Assembly: GCA_048938105.1 (NCBI GenBank)
Contig: JBHLMN010000012.1
Coordinates: 128,001-192,000 of the forward strand
Direction: 5' to 3'
From: Promethearchaeota archaeon
Lineage (GTDB): Archaea > Asgardarchaeota > Heimdallarchaeia > Hodarchaeales > Hodarchaeaceae
DNA length: 64,000 nucleotides
This document shows positions 49,340 to 59,873 of this stretch, piece by piece (position 1 is the stretch's first letter; every line of letters starts with the position of its first letter). The translations under genes were made by a program, and so were the position numbers. The notes beneath the pieces were generated by a model. It saw nothing but the letters and a program-made list of their open reading frames with translations, ran no database searches and was not told the DNA's origin.

Positions 49340-50425
49340 ATGAAATACTCCTATAAAATTCTAAGTATAAATGGTATAGACCTAGAATTGCACATTACAT
49401 TCATTGGCCTATTTGTATTATTGTTTATATTTACTTTTCCCCAAATCTACGCCATTGTACTCTTTGGTTTACTCTTTTTATCAGTAACAATTCATGAATT
49501 AGCTCATTCACTTCTCGCTAAACGAAATTCCTTAACCGTCAATAGAATTGTCCTTTACCCAATCGGGGGAGCAGCACAGATTGAGGATATTCCCGATGAC
49601 CCCTCTGTTGAATGGAAAGTTGCAGCAATAGGTCCTCTTTCTAGTCTTGTTATTGGTGTCTTTTTTCTTTTGATTCACTTTTTATACCCAATTCAGTTGT
49701 CTGTAACGCCGTTTTTCATTGGAACTGGATTTATTTTTCTTGACATTGGATTTCTTAACATTATCTTAGCCATTTTTAATTTAATTCCCGCCTTTCCAAT
49801 GGATGGTGGACGTGTACTTAGAGCTACTCTTACTATCTGGAAAAAAGATTTAATCGAGGCAACTCAAACCGCTGTTAGTATTGGGCGATTTTTTGCATTA
49901 ATAATGTTACTCGTTGGATTGTTTAGCAACTTATGGCTTGTAATCATTGGATTTTTCATTTATTGGGGTGCTGCTCAAGAATTAGAAGCTACAAAACTAT
50001 CAGCCCTCCTCAAACCTTTGCGTGTTGGAGATGTAATGCTTTCATTCGACAATAACATGACCGTGGCTCCTACAGTCCCATTAAATGAGGCGTTGGAAGT
50101 GATGTTCAATGCCAGAATCAGCGATCTTGTTGTTTGCAATGAAGGTGAACTTTTAGGGGTCATCACATGGGATGATATTATTAAAATACCTCCTGAATCC
50201 AGATCAAATGCAATTGTTGCTGATTTCATGATTAAACCATTGTCCATCAGTCCTGATCGGTCAGTTTTTGATGCTTATAAGTTAATGGCAAAGAAAAAGG
50301 TACAATTAATCCCTGTTCTTGATAGTAACGCTCCTTGTAGTATTATGGGAGTGATTACTAATCAATCTATTGCCTATGGAATTGCATTGGCCCAATCTTT
50401 TCAAAATCAGGCCCTAGGGTACTGA
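49340..50425 (+). CDS. Site-2 protease (M50) with C-terminal CBS pair
   Basis: HELAH, GP, NLIPAFPMDGG, two CBS domains. Confidence 0.95.
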   Translation: MKYSYKILSINGIDLELHITFIGLFVLLFIFTFPQIYAIVLFGLLFLSVTIHELAHSLLAKRNSLTVNRIVLYPIGGAAQIEDIPDDPSVEWKVAAIGPLSSLVIGVFFLLIHFLYPIQLSVTPFFIGTGFIFLDIGFLNIILAIFNLIPAFPMDGGRVLRATLTIWKKDLIEATQTAVSIGRFFALIMLLVGLFSNLWLVIIGFFIYWGAAQELEATKLSALLKPLRVGDVMLSFDNNMTVAPTVPLNEALEVMFNARISDLVVCNEGELLGVITWDDIIKIPPESRSNAIVADFMIKPLSISPDRSVFDAYKLMAKKKVQLIPVLDSNAPCSIMGVITNQSIAYGIALAQSFQNQALGY

Positions 50426-50529
50426 TCATTCATTCTCTTCTTTTTTAATCCTCTATGCGGATAAGTAAGATTTTAAGTGAAAAAATACTCTAGTAAAAAT
50501 TAACTAAAGAAAAATGGAAGTTAAATTAG

Positions 50530-50928
50530 ATGACAGATTACGAAATCAGCGTTGTTTTGAAAGAAAACTTTGACACAGTAGTTATAAAAACTATTGAAGC
50601 CTTAAAAAAGGAAGGTTTTGGAGTTCTAACGGAAATTGACGTGAAAAAGACCCTTAAAGAAAAACTAAATGTTGAATTCGAACGTTATGTGATTTTAGGG
50701 GCCTGCAATCCCCCATTTTCTAAAAGAGTTCTTGATATTGAACGAGAAATTGGGCTTCTCTTACCTTGTAACATCATTGTTCAGGAATTGCAGAAGAAAA
50801 AAACAACAAAAGTTGCTGCAATAGATCCAGAACGAATGTTCAAGATGATTGGGAATCCTCAAATGGAACCTATTGCTAAAGAAGTGAAAACTAAACTTCA
50901 GCGGGTCATTAGCTCATTAATTGAATAA
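50530..50928 (+). CDS. DUF302 family protein
   Basis: GFGVLTEID, ILGACNP, IGLLLPCN. Confidence 0.92.
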   Translation: MTDYEISVVLKENFDTVVIKTIEALKKEGFGVLTEIDVKKTLKEKLNVEFERYVILGACNPPFSKRVLDIEREIGLLLPCNIIVQELQKKKTTKVAAIDPERMFKMIGNPQMEPIAKEVKTKLQRVISSLIE

Positions 50929-51091
50929 TTAACCTTTTGTTTATCTGATCTCTTTATTTTTTCTATTTTTTATTATCCCGACAAGAATCTATTCGTTAAA
51001 AAAGGTTTAGCCTCGTTAATGTGGTTTTACTGGACTTATAGAAATAAATGACATTATTTCTCAACATTAGCTATTTCTATATCAAATCAAT

Positions 51092-51128
51092 TATGTCACT
51101 TGTTGGTGGAATATGTCACATTTAAATA
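51092..51128 (+). promoter_or_regulatory. TATGTCAC direct repeat (20-bp spacing) abutting a TATA box upstream of the Rab-like gene
   Basis: TATGTCAC 51092-51099 and 51112-51119; TTTAAATA 51121-51128. Confidence 0.45.
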
Positions 51129-51262
51129 TCATACTTCTTTATTAAATAGTGTGTTTGATGATTATTTGTTGGTAATACCAATATAAACTGGGAAGAATTA
51201 AGAATTTCTTCTTCCTATTTTCTCCCGACAAAATCTAATGTTCTAAATAGAGAGATTAAAAA

Positions 51263-51844
51263 ATGACGGTATTTAAGATAGCATTAATTGGTGATGGTGG
51301 GGTTGGTAAAACATCGATCCGTGAGCGCTATTTAGGGAATGGATTTAAGACGCAATATCTTCTGACTGTTGGCGCTGATTTTGCCATGCGGGATGATCAT
51401 ATTAATGGATATCAAGTCCGATACCAAATATGGGACTTAGCTGGGCAACAACGCTTCGATGGTGTCAGAGAAGCCTATTACACTGGCTGTGTTGGAGCTT
51501 TATTAGTGTATGATGTCTCCCGTCCCGATTCGTTCTTCAACATGCCTAAATGGATTAATGAGCTATGGACAAATAATGGTCGAGGCCGTGTCCCTATTGT
51601 TGTCGTGGCTAATAAGATCGATTTGTGTGATACTTTAGATAACACCGTCTCTCCTCTTCAGGGCCGAACTTTTACAAAAAATCTTAGTAATCTCACTGAA
51701 CCTGATGGTTTTATGTGCCATTTTATTGAGACTTCCGCTAAGACTGGGATAAATGTACCTCAAGCTTTTTCTGTTCTTGGTGTAAATATTCTGAAATTCA
51801 TAGAAAATCACCGAATGACTCCATTATTGACATTGTATTCATAA
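51263..51844 (+). CDS. Rab-like small GTPase
   Basis: GDGGVGKT, TVGADF, WDLAGQ, NKID, ETSAK. Confidence 0.95.
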   Translation: MTVFKIALIGDGGVGKTSIRERYLGNGFKTQYLLTVGADFAMRDDHINGYQVRYQIWDLAGQQRFDGVREAYYTGCVGALLVYDVSRPDSFFNMPKWINELWTNNGRGRVPIVVVANKIDLCDTLDNTVSPLQGRTFTKNLSNLTEPDGFMCHFIETSAKTGINVPQAFSVLGVNILKFIENHRMTPLLTLYS

Positions 51845-52039
51845 AAGTCGGAATACATTTGTTAGAATAAAAATATTAGGGCACAAAAACACATTTGCTT
51901 CATTCGTGACAGAGTAACATTCATTCTTGTGACTAGAAAAAACTCTTTATGAGTTTGAATTGAGTCTTTTCAAATATCATATCCCTTCAAAGGGAAGTTG
52001 AAAAAACTTCACCGAATAAAAAGAGGAAATTTGATATCA

Positions 52040-52612
52040 ATGAAACACCAATGTATTTGTCCTCATTGTGGAAGGAGACATTCTTATCATGAGTCTATTC
52101 CTAAGAATCAGAAGAACAATCGGATTGCGTTATTCATTGATGGAGGGAATTTATATCACGCAGCTAAACTCCTCGGATTTAAAGTCGATTTTTTACGGTT
52201 AAAAACTTATTTTGTTTCTAAGGAAATGAATTTATTCCAGGCATTCTATTATTCTGCTTATGATCCCTCTGAAGGGTTTATTATGAAGATCCTCGATTGG
52301 TTGAGGTATAATGGATTCACAGTTGTAACCAAAGAAGTAAAAAAAATAACCCATTCTTATATAAAGGGGAATATGGATGTAGAACTTGTTGTTGATATGT
52401 TGCTTAATTTAGACAGATATGATATCGCTGTCCTGTTTTCTGGAGATGGTGATTTTACTCGATGTGTTTCAGAACTCCAAAAAAATAGTAAACATATCTG
52501 GGTGGTAAGTACGGAAAAATCTGATCCTCCATTGTTAGCTCATGAATTGAGAGTCCAAGCTGACACTTTTATTGAATTAGCTGATATAATTCCCCATATA
52601 AGTCAGAATTAA
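52040..52612 (+). CDS. NYN domain (LabA/DUF88) protein with N-terminal CPHC motif
   Basis: FIDGGN, KGNMDVELVVD, FSGDGDF, LRVQADTFI; ATG 52040 preferred over 51998. Confidence 0.9.
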   Translation: MKHQCICPHCGRRHSYHESIPKNQKNNRIALFIDGGNLYHAAKLLGFKVDFLRLKTYFVSKEMNLFQAFYYSAYDPSEGFIMKILDWLRYNGFTVVTKEVKKITHSYIKGNMDVELVVDMLLNLDRYDIAVLFSGDGDFTRCVSELQKNSKHIWVVSTEKSDPPLLAHELRVQADTFIELADIIPHISQN

Positions 52613-52775
52613 CTTGTTTTTCTGTTCTATGCACTAATTGGCCATTTTTCCCAATATAAATAAACGACAGATGACTCTTATGTCTTAATCGTCTCTTGAA
52701 AATTGAATCAATCTAAGTACTAATAATGGAAATCATAAGCGAACTTTGATATTAACCGTTAGAAAGTGATTAGAA

Positions 52776-53348
52776 ATGAATTTAAAGACCTTTGCTATTG
52801 AAACTTTTGAGATTGCAGAATGGAATGTTTTAAAATCTATATTCCGATTGAAATCCAAAGATTTTGAGGTGCAAATAAAACCATATTTTAATCCTATTAG
52901 GTGGATTATTGGGCACCTTACAATGCACATGGACACCATTTTCAACCACTTATGTCTTGGAGAAAGAAAGCTCAGTCAAGAATTCCGAGATTATTTCAAT
53001 TTGGGTCCAGAAAGAGAGAAAGAGAAAGAGTTCCCTATTTCTTACAGGGAGTTAATTGATACATTTCTTGAATTTTCTCAAATAAGTTTGAACTATCTTT
53101 ATAATTTGCCAGAAGAAAAATTCACCGATTTACCAGAAAAAAATGATGAAAAAAATACTGAAACTGTATGTGAGTTAATTCAAAGGATTTCTTTACATTT
53201 TTTAGGACATACTGGACAAATTTATATGATTAAAAGGGAACTAGGTAAGGGAGGGTATTTTGTTACAGGTGTAAAGAAGGACAATCGGGATACAAGTAGG
53301 ATTAAGTGGATAAAGTGGTGGAATGCAAATAAAGATAATTATCAGTAG
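52776..53348 (+). CDS. DinB/YfiT-like protein
   Basis: NPIRWIIGHL...H...HTGQI. Confidence 0.85.
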   Translation: MNLKTFAIETFEIAEWNVLKSIFRLKSKDFEVQIKPYFNPIRWIIGHLTMHMDTIFNHLCLGERKLSQEFRDYFNLGPEREKEKEFPISYRELIDTFLEFSQISLNYLYNLPEEKFTDLPEKNDEKNTETVCELIQRISLHFLGHTGQIYMIKRELGKGGYFVTGVKKDNRDTSRIKWIKWWNANKDNYQ

Positions 53349-53362
53349 TTTTCAGAAGGTTA

Positions 53363-54178
53363 CTAAAGTTTCTTTCCCACAAAGAGCCCATAACCCATAT
53401 ATTTCGGAAGTTCTTTTGGAGCAGATTTCACTTCCTTTACAAATTCACGATATCTTTTAGATCTAAGAGCCGAGATTAGAGATCGAGTTATGTTTCTAAA
53501 AAAGTGTCGCCACCCATAGCGTTTGATATGTTCCCAAAATTCACTCCTAGTTTTGATGGAATGAGTCTGTTTGATTAAAATTTCAAGATTAGCATTGTTT
53601 AGAAGGGTAATCCAATCATTGGTTATCATTATTTCACCCCTGAACCATTGACTTTTTACCAAAGTATCCATTATTTCCTTGGGGGGTGATTCGCCTAATA
53701 ATAATGATTCGTTTAACCCTATATAGCCACCTGTTTTTGTAACACGCACAAATTCGTTTATAGCTTTTTGTTTATTCTCAACGAAGGAAAGAACAGATTC
53801 AGTCATTACAATATCAAATAAATTGTCTTCAAAAGGCAGATCAACTGCATCAGCAACTTTTAATTTGACAAAATCCATTACTTTTTTTTGTGCTACTCGC
53901 TTCGTTGCCTGTTGAATCATTCGTTCTGATATGTCTATACCTGTTATCTGAACCTTGTATTTTTTAGCAATATGACTAGCAGTTGCCCCAACACCACAAC
54001 CCACATCGAGAATTTTTGAATTATCAGTTATGTGACACATTTCCAGCAGTTCATCAGTAGATTTGATACCTCCCATGTGTTTGGAAACATCAAAAAAGGC
54101 CTGCATCTCAAATAGCGGAAATTCTAAGTTAAATATTTCATCTAACTCAGATTTCTTAATGCCTTTTTCTTCAATCAT
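53363..54178 (-). CDS. Class I SAM-dependent methyltransferase
   Basis: HMGG, LDVGCGVG, ADAVDLPFEDNLFD, RVTKTGG. Confidence 0.92.
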   Translation of the reverse strand: MIEEKGIKKSELDEIFNLEFPLFEMQAFFDVSKHMGGIKSTDELLEMCHITDNSKILDVGCGVGATASHIAKKYKVQITGIDISERMIQQATKRVAQKKVMDFVKLKVADAVDLPFEDNLFDIVMTESVLSFVENKQKAINEFVRVTKTGGYIGLNESLLLGESPPKEIMDTLVKSQWFRGEIMITNDWITLLNNANLEILIKQTHSIKTRSEFWEHIKRYGWRHFFRNITRSLISALRSKRYREFVKEVKSAPKELPKYMGYGLFVGKKL

Positions 54179-54336
54179 GGCTTTCTGGCTTCCTACATAA
54201 GTTTAGTCTTATTAATTCAAATAATGTTCACATATGAAACCAATGGGTTTTAACAGTATTTGAACCTTTCTCCCTCAAACTAAGCCAGAAGATTCTGAGA
54301 ATCCTGATAAATAATCGGTTTTTTTAGATCCATATT

Positions 54337-54765
54337 TTAAATAAGTTCTTCTGCTCGAATTGTTGATCTTAAAATATCCAACAGAGTTTTATCATAGGTT
54401 CCTGTTAATAAAAATGCTTGGAATATTCCTAGTAGTAGATGGCCCAAGATATCACTCCAAGGCAGGAACGGGGTAATGATTAATACCCATATAATTCCGA
54501 ATAGTAATCCAATCTTTACAAAAAGCTCTTTACTAAGAATAAGCACAGCTACAATAAATTCAAATACGACAATCAGGAAGACAATTAATTTTTCATTTGG
54601 GATGACAATTTGTACAAGAAATTCCTTATAAATAGAAAGATGAACATTTTCAAGGCATACAGTCCATAAATATTGAGTATTGTGAATTGTATGGAAAAGA
54701 TTGGCAAAACATGAAATTAAGTAAAATATTCCTAAACCTATTCTGCCTGTATTATGTGCGATCAT
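54337..54765 (-). CDS. DoxX-like membrane protein
   Basis: RIGLGIFY, VVFEFIVAVLIL; four TM. Confidence 0.6.
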   Translation of the reverse strand: MIAHNTGRIGLGIFYLISCFANLFHTIHNTQYLWTVCLENVHLSIYKEFLVQIVIPNEKLIVFLIVVFEFIVAVLILSKELFVKIGLLFGIIWVLIITPFLPWSDILGHLLLGIFQAFLLTGTYDKTLLDILRSTIRAEELI

Positions 54766-55218
54766 TTCAGACTCATTTATACAGTAATGGTTTTAAGGAA
54801 ATTAGACTCTAGATATTCTGCATTCCAAATATTTATTAAACTCAACAAGTATAAATAATTACCGTCTACGTTGTAAACAATTTTAAAGATAAAATAATTA
54901 GTTTCTAGATCTGTAATATTCATTGATATCTTTAGGATCAAATTACTTAAATTTTTACCCTTCGTTTCCAGTTTTAATCGTATGCAATATTTTCTTTGTA
55001 TACTTTGATTATTTGTTTTGAACGATTATTATGGTAACCGGATAATTTTGTATTGTCTCCTTAAGATGATGTCTCTATTCTTCTTAACTCAAGAAAACTG
55101 TTAAGAGCTTATGATCTACTGAAATAGGTGACCCTTATGATAAAAGATTATCTAGTAACATATTAAGGAATGGTTTACTGGCGGTCGTATTTTTAGATGT
55201 CTTTTAGTTTTTTGAGGT

Positions 55219-55908
55219 TTATTTTTGATAAATACAGTTTTCTGCATCGTGTAATGAAAATGTTATTTTATTTGCGATTTCTTTTATAATACCATATGAT
55301 AAGGATTGATTGTGTCCTTCTACATTGAAACACCCTAATGATGCAACTTTACTCTCTTTTATTATGCAGGGAAGATGTATGTGGCCAGTTATTAACCAAT
55401 GTTGGACGGAGAACTTATAAATCTTCTTAAGACTTATAATAAAATCTGGAACCTCTGATTTATCAAGCCAATAAGGATTGTTCCCATCATGAGTAAACCA
55501 AACCTTCTCTTGGTTGGCTTCATATAGTAAGAAAGAATCAGAATAAATATGAAAATTATTTTTTGACCAGTCCTTGATTTGATTTTCAATTAATTCTTTA
55601 TCATGATTTCCCCCAATCATAAAAATCTCTTTATCCAATTCACTAAAAAAGCTCATTATTTGAAAAACAAATTGGTTGTTCTGTTGGCCGTAATGAAATA
55701 AATCGCCTAATATCAAGATTTGGTCAGGTTTGACCTTTGTGATCAATCTTTGTAAACAAGCCATCGTTGGTGCTATAGATTCGATACTAAAGTAGCTTTG
55801 ATTACTATCTGAAAAATGCTGATCACTAATCAACAGGGCATTTAAGGGCTTTGATAGAATAATTTGTTCAATTGTTCCATCTGTGTTGATTAAATCCATA
55901 CATTTCAA
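55219..55908 (-). CDS. Calcineurin-like metallophosphoesterase
   Basis: SDQH, LGDLF, GNHD, THDG, GHIH. Confidence 0.9.
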   Translation of the reverse strand: MKCMDLINTDGTIEQIILSKPLNALLISDQHFSDSNQSYFSIESIAPTMACLQRLITKVKPDQILILGDLFHYGQQNNQFVFQIMSFFSELDKEIFMIGGNHDKELIENQIKDWSKNNFHIYSDSFLLYEANQEKVWFTHDGNNPYWLDKSEVPDFIISLKKIYKFSVQHWLITGHIHLPCIIKESKVASLGCFNVEGHNQSLSYGIIKEIANKITFSLHDAENCIYQK

Positions 55909-56610
55909 TTGTATTTATTATGTTATAATCCTTTTCTGATACCCGTGTTTAAATCCAGCTATCGTTATATTCCACTAAAGGAGAATCTAAAGGCATAGAA
56001 GACTATAAAAAGGTCAGAGTAAGACGTCTGAAGCCTAAATTGGGGAAATTCAAGCCTGATTCAAGAATTGACTTTTCTGGAGTATAATTCTATATTGATT
56101 TTTGTTAATAGTGTAGATCTTAGGAAAAACCTTTAGTTATTGTAACACTTTTTCGGATAATCTATTCAGAGTTTCTTAAGAATGAAAATACCTAACATCT
56201 ATTTGACAAGAGTATTACAGATGTTTTGGATAATAAAAGACGTGAATAATCATGGTACTAGAAGAAGAAGGTCAAGTGTCTCTTGAAAGAAGGAGAAAAG
56301 TTCGAGAAACACTAGAATTTTTAAAATATGATGGACAACTAGTACTAGAACCCCAGTGGTATTCAAAGACATCTAATGATAAGAGTAAACGGTTCAAAGA
56401 TAAGCTCTGAGAAATATCAACTAATAAAATCCTTTTCTCCATAAATAACTGAGACTGACTCTCTTTTGTATATTTCAAATGCGGGGTATCTATGCCTCTC
56501 AATTATTATAGTATCTGTTGGAAATTTATTCTAAGAAAAATACAGAATTAAATTCATGTTCATTCATAAATTTATTAAGAAAAAGTCTTGATTTGAGAAT
56601 AATCTCTTTA

Positions 56611-57333
56611 TTAGCTTATAGGAAAAGCTTCGAGCAGGATCGGTTTTACAACTGAACTTAAAATCATATAACCTTTCTCATTTAGGTGAATTCCATCCCA
56701 TTTAAAGACATCAGTTCGGGGATTCTTGTTCTGATCTAATAGAGCTGGAACAACATCAATGTAGTCGAGTCTTTCATCTTGTGTACAGAATTCCTGTATC
56801 AGTTCGTTAGCCTTCTGCATCTCTGGCCAGAACTTCTTTCGCCTCTTGGGAGGTTTGATGGAAATGAAGAAGATTGGAACATCAGGTTGAGATGTATGAA
56901 TCTTCTCACAAAAAATTCGGAAAGAATTCAGTACTTCTTCTGGTGATTTTTTCTTGGAAAAAACTAACCCAGTGATATCATTCTCACCAGCATAAAAGAC
57001 TATACCTTGGGGTCTGTAATGTAATACGACACGATCAGCATAATGGATTACATCAGGAATTCTTGAACCTCCAAAACCTCGGCCAATGACGGGAAGAGGC
57101 GCCATGTCTTCCTTGAGTGTCTTCCAGTAAACTATACTGGAACTACCAGTGAATACAATTGTTCTTTGGGTTGGTGGGCTTAAACGGTCTTGTTTTTCAA
57201 ACTTACGAATACTTTTTTCCCAAATAGTTGGGTCTTCCTTGCTTATTCGTACGATATATCTCAAAACATAGATTAAGGCTGTAATTATACAAAATGTGAG
57301 AGCTATAATAAAAAAGATTAAGAAAACATCCAT
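56611..57333 (-). CDS. SGNH/GDSL hydrolase with N-terminal membrane anchor
   Basis: FTGSSS, RGFGGS, YAGEND, DGIH. Confidence 0.92.
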   Translation of the reverse strand: MDVFLIFFIIALTFCIITALIYVLRYIVRISKEDPTIWEKSIRKFEKQDRLSPPTQRTIVFTGSSSIVYWKTLKEDMAPLPVIGRGFGGSRIPDVIHYADRVVLHYRPQGIVFYAGENDITGLVFSKKKSPEEVLNSFRIFCEKIHTSQPDVPIFFISIKPPKRRKKFWPEMQKANELIQEFCTQDERLDYIDVVPALLDQNKNPRTDVFKWDGIHLNEKGYMILSSVVKPILLEAFPIS

Positions 57334-57688
57334 AGAAATTCAACCATATTTGGGAATAGGCTTGTATTATAAGTTTTTCTGCTTCTAAAAGCTTAGAATG
57401 AAAAGAATTTTATTATTTCTGCCAATAATTCATTAGAATTATCTGGAAAAGCGTGTTCTAAGCCAGAAATTTTATAAAACTTTTAACTAACATTTCCTTG
57501 CTTTAAAAGGGTTGATAATTCCTTTATTTTGTCATAATCCAGATCCTCTATCCCTGCTAGTATGTAACATTTAATCCTCTCCTTTATAGCTCTCTCAAAA
57601 TTCTTAGAAATAACATCAGGTTGGATAAGAGGAGAATTAACAGCAATTTATCCGTTTAAGGGGAACTTGGGCTTTCAATGAAAAGCTA

Positions 57689-58312
57689 TTATTGCACCTG
57701 TTTAATCACTGATTGACTCGCTACAGCTTGGATCTTCTGACTTGTTTTCTGCGAGATCATATTCCGCTTTTCTGCATATTTCATGATGGTCTCCCCGAGA
57801 AGTGAGAATGCATCATTAATTTTCACCCCTGTTTTAGCGGATGTTTCGATATAATGGCAGGCGAACCCTTCGCGTGAGGTCATCTTGGTGAGTTTTTCAG
57901 AGAATAGTCTCCCTTGTTCAGCACTTATTGTTTCTGTTTTAGACCCACGCATATCAATCTTGTTTGCTACTATGACAATGGGCAATTTATCCCGACCATT
58001 ATTCGCCCACAGTTCTTTAACCCATTTAGGGACGTTGAAATATGAGTCTGGTCTTGTTACATCAAAAACAAGAAGTGCTCCCAACGCTCCTCTATAATAA
58101 ACCCCTCTTACCCCGTCAAAACGTTCCTGTCCAGCTAAGTCCCATATCTGATATCTAATAGGTGTACCATATATGACATCATCCTTTGTGGCAAAATCTG
58201 CGCCAATTGTCAACACATATTGGGAATCAAAGCCTTTTCCGAGGTATCGTTCACGAATAGCCGTCTTTCCAACACCGCCATCACCAATTAATACGACCTT
58301 AAGAACGATCAC
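57689..58312 (-). CDS. Rab-like small GTPase
   Basis: GDGGVGKT, TIGADF, WDLAGQERF, YYRGA, LVFDVT, NKID, ETSAK. Confidence 0.95.
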   Translation of the reverse strand: MIVLKVVLIGDGGVGKTAIRERYLGKGFDSQYVLTIGADFATKDDVIYGTPIRYQIWDLAGQERFDGVRGVYYRGALGALLVFDVTRPDSYFNVPKWVKELWANNGRDKLPIVIVANKIDMRGSKTETISAEQGRLFSEKLTKMTSREGFACHYIETSAKTGVKINDAFSLLGETIMKYAEKRNMISQKTSQKIQAVASQSVIKQVQ

Positions 58313-58471
58313 AATAAGTCTCTCTTTCTAGATTACTCTTATTTATTCACCCTCCTAAAATAAATGATAACTTTTTCTGAATAATTTATCCGGATATTTG
58401 CCCACTAATCAGATTTTTCCTTCGAAAATCAGAAAACTAAAAGTATTCATAATTATTATTCTCCTGCTTCC

Positions 58472-58491
58472 AGATAAAGGGAGATAAAGGG
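58472..58491. repeat. Perfect tandem 10-bp repeat AGATAAAGGG x2 in the leader of the Rab-like gene
   Basis: agataaagggagataaaggg. Confidence 0.8.
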
Positions 58492-58630
58492 TTTAATAAG
58501 AATTTGTCGGGTTTATTTCTAAAAATAGAAGAATTATACTAAAAAACGCGACAAAAACTGTCACTACAACAACATTGATTTGTGATTCTTAGGATTCTAC
58601 TGAGAGAGAAAAGAAGAATGGGGAAAATGA

Positions 58631-58828
58631 TTATCTTAAGATATTAATGCCTCTTTTCTTTAATTCTTCAAGAAATGGTATCATTGATTCAGAAAGCGGA
58701 TTTCCCGTTAAATCTATATTTTTAAGATTGGGAATCTCTTTTAAATTGCGGGGGAGGGTCATCAATTGATTATTGCTTACATTTAAGTATACAAGATGAG
58801 ATGCTTCAATAATCTCTTCTGGAGAACT
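58631..58828 (-). pseudogene. Leucine-rich-repeat gene remnant (absent from the ORF track)
   Basis: Manual translation: SSPEEIIEASHLVYLNVSNNQLMTLPRNLKEIPNLKNIDLTGNPLSESMIPFLEELKKRGINILR*; preceded by an in-frame TGA. Confidence 0.75.
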
Positions 58829-59057
58829 TCAAATTTAGAATTGGTAATTACGTTAAATAATCTCATTGCCTTCTTAATATCCCCTAAATGTTATTTTTTT
58901 TTGAAGACAATCAGTTCTTGTTTCAATGAATTGATTTGAAGGATGTTCTAGATAGTGGGGAAGGAACCACTAAGTAAAATCTAGTATTTTCCAATCATCT
59001 AATGACCAAAAATAGGATAATTGAAATAAATGTGGAAGACACTCTCTTACCTTAGTA

Positions 59058-59477
59058 TTACTTTAACCAAGAATATAGCATCATTTTTTCTAGTAATGAA
59101 TCATTTCCAATTCCCAATAAAGGAAGCAATTCAGGTTTGATTTGAAATAGTATATCTGTTAAAGGTGTCGTATCAGGGATGTTTAACATGTCTCTGACTG
59201 CTGTTATTTCAACCAATAGCTCATTTAATTGACCATAATCGCGTGTCGAAAGGTTAAACGCTATTCGAATTTCTTCTAGCTGTTTAAAAATCCGAATTAA
59301 GTCATCTATTGGAGTTTGATGAGATAATCCTAGCTCTACCTTCATCTGTTTTAAAGAACACCAAACTTCATCAACTGCATGATCAAATAAGCGGTCATCA
59401 AGTTTTAGTACAATCCTAAGCTTTTTCAACTCTTCCAATTTTCTTAATTCGTTTGATAATAAATTATTTAGGAACAT
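59058..59477 (-). CDS. Hypothetical all-helical protein with weak internal repeat
   Basis: LGLSHQTPIDDL / LNIPDTTPLTDI. Confidence 0.6.
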   Translation of the reverse strand: MFLNNLLSNELRKLEELKKLRIVLKLDDRLFDHAVDEVWCSLKQMKVELGLSHQTPIDDLIRIFKQLEEIRIAFNLSTRDYGQLNELLVEITAVRDMLNIPDTTPLTDILFQIKPELLPLLGIGNDSLLEKMMLYSWLK

Positions 59478-59873
59478 TCTTATCCAACCATCTCTTTTTT
59501 ATTCCTAACCAGACAATTATACATATTTTGATTTCATTATTCTTTTCAAGACAAATTATGTCTCTGATTAGGAAAGACTCAATCATAATAGATATAGTAA
59601 TAACATATTCAGAAGTGACAGTTTTCAATAAACAATGTCAGAAATTACTAAAGCAATAACCTGGTAAGACTTCAGAAAAAGGAATTTAGCTTGTTTTTAT
59701 AGATAAGAAAGGAGAAAAATAAATTATTTTGTTTCACTAATGAAACGAGTTCAAGAATTTTCATAATTCCGTATTTAGGGAATATAGAGGAGAGTATCAA
59801 ATATAAAATGCTTGGAAAGAACCCTATAAGGAATTCTAGCGTATAATGAATCCTCAATCCTAAAGATTAAAGA

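Noticed and set aside
51998-52612. NYN protein as the toxin of a defence or toxin-antitoxin module
   Set aside because: No adjacent antitoxin or defence genes; it looks like a stand-alone LabA/DUF88 protein.
8320-58312. ICMT-like methyltransferases + CAAX proteases + Rab-like GTPases as a eukaryote-type prenylation pathway
   Set aside because: Neither GTPase has a C-terminal Cys motif, no prenyltransferase is present, the genes are dispersed, and both enzyme families are common in prokaryotes.
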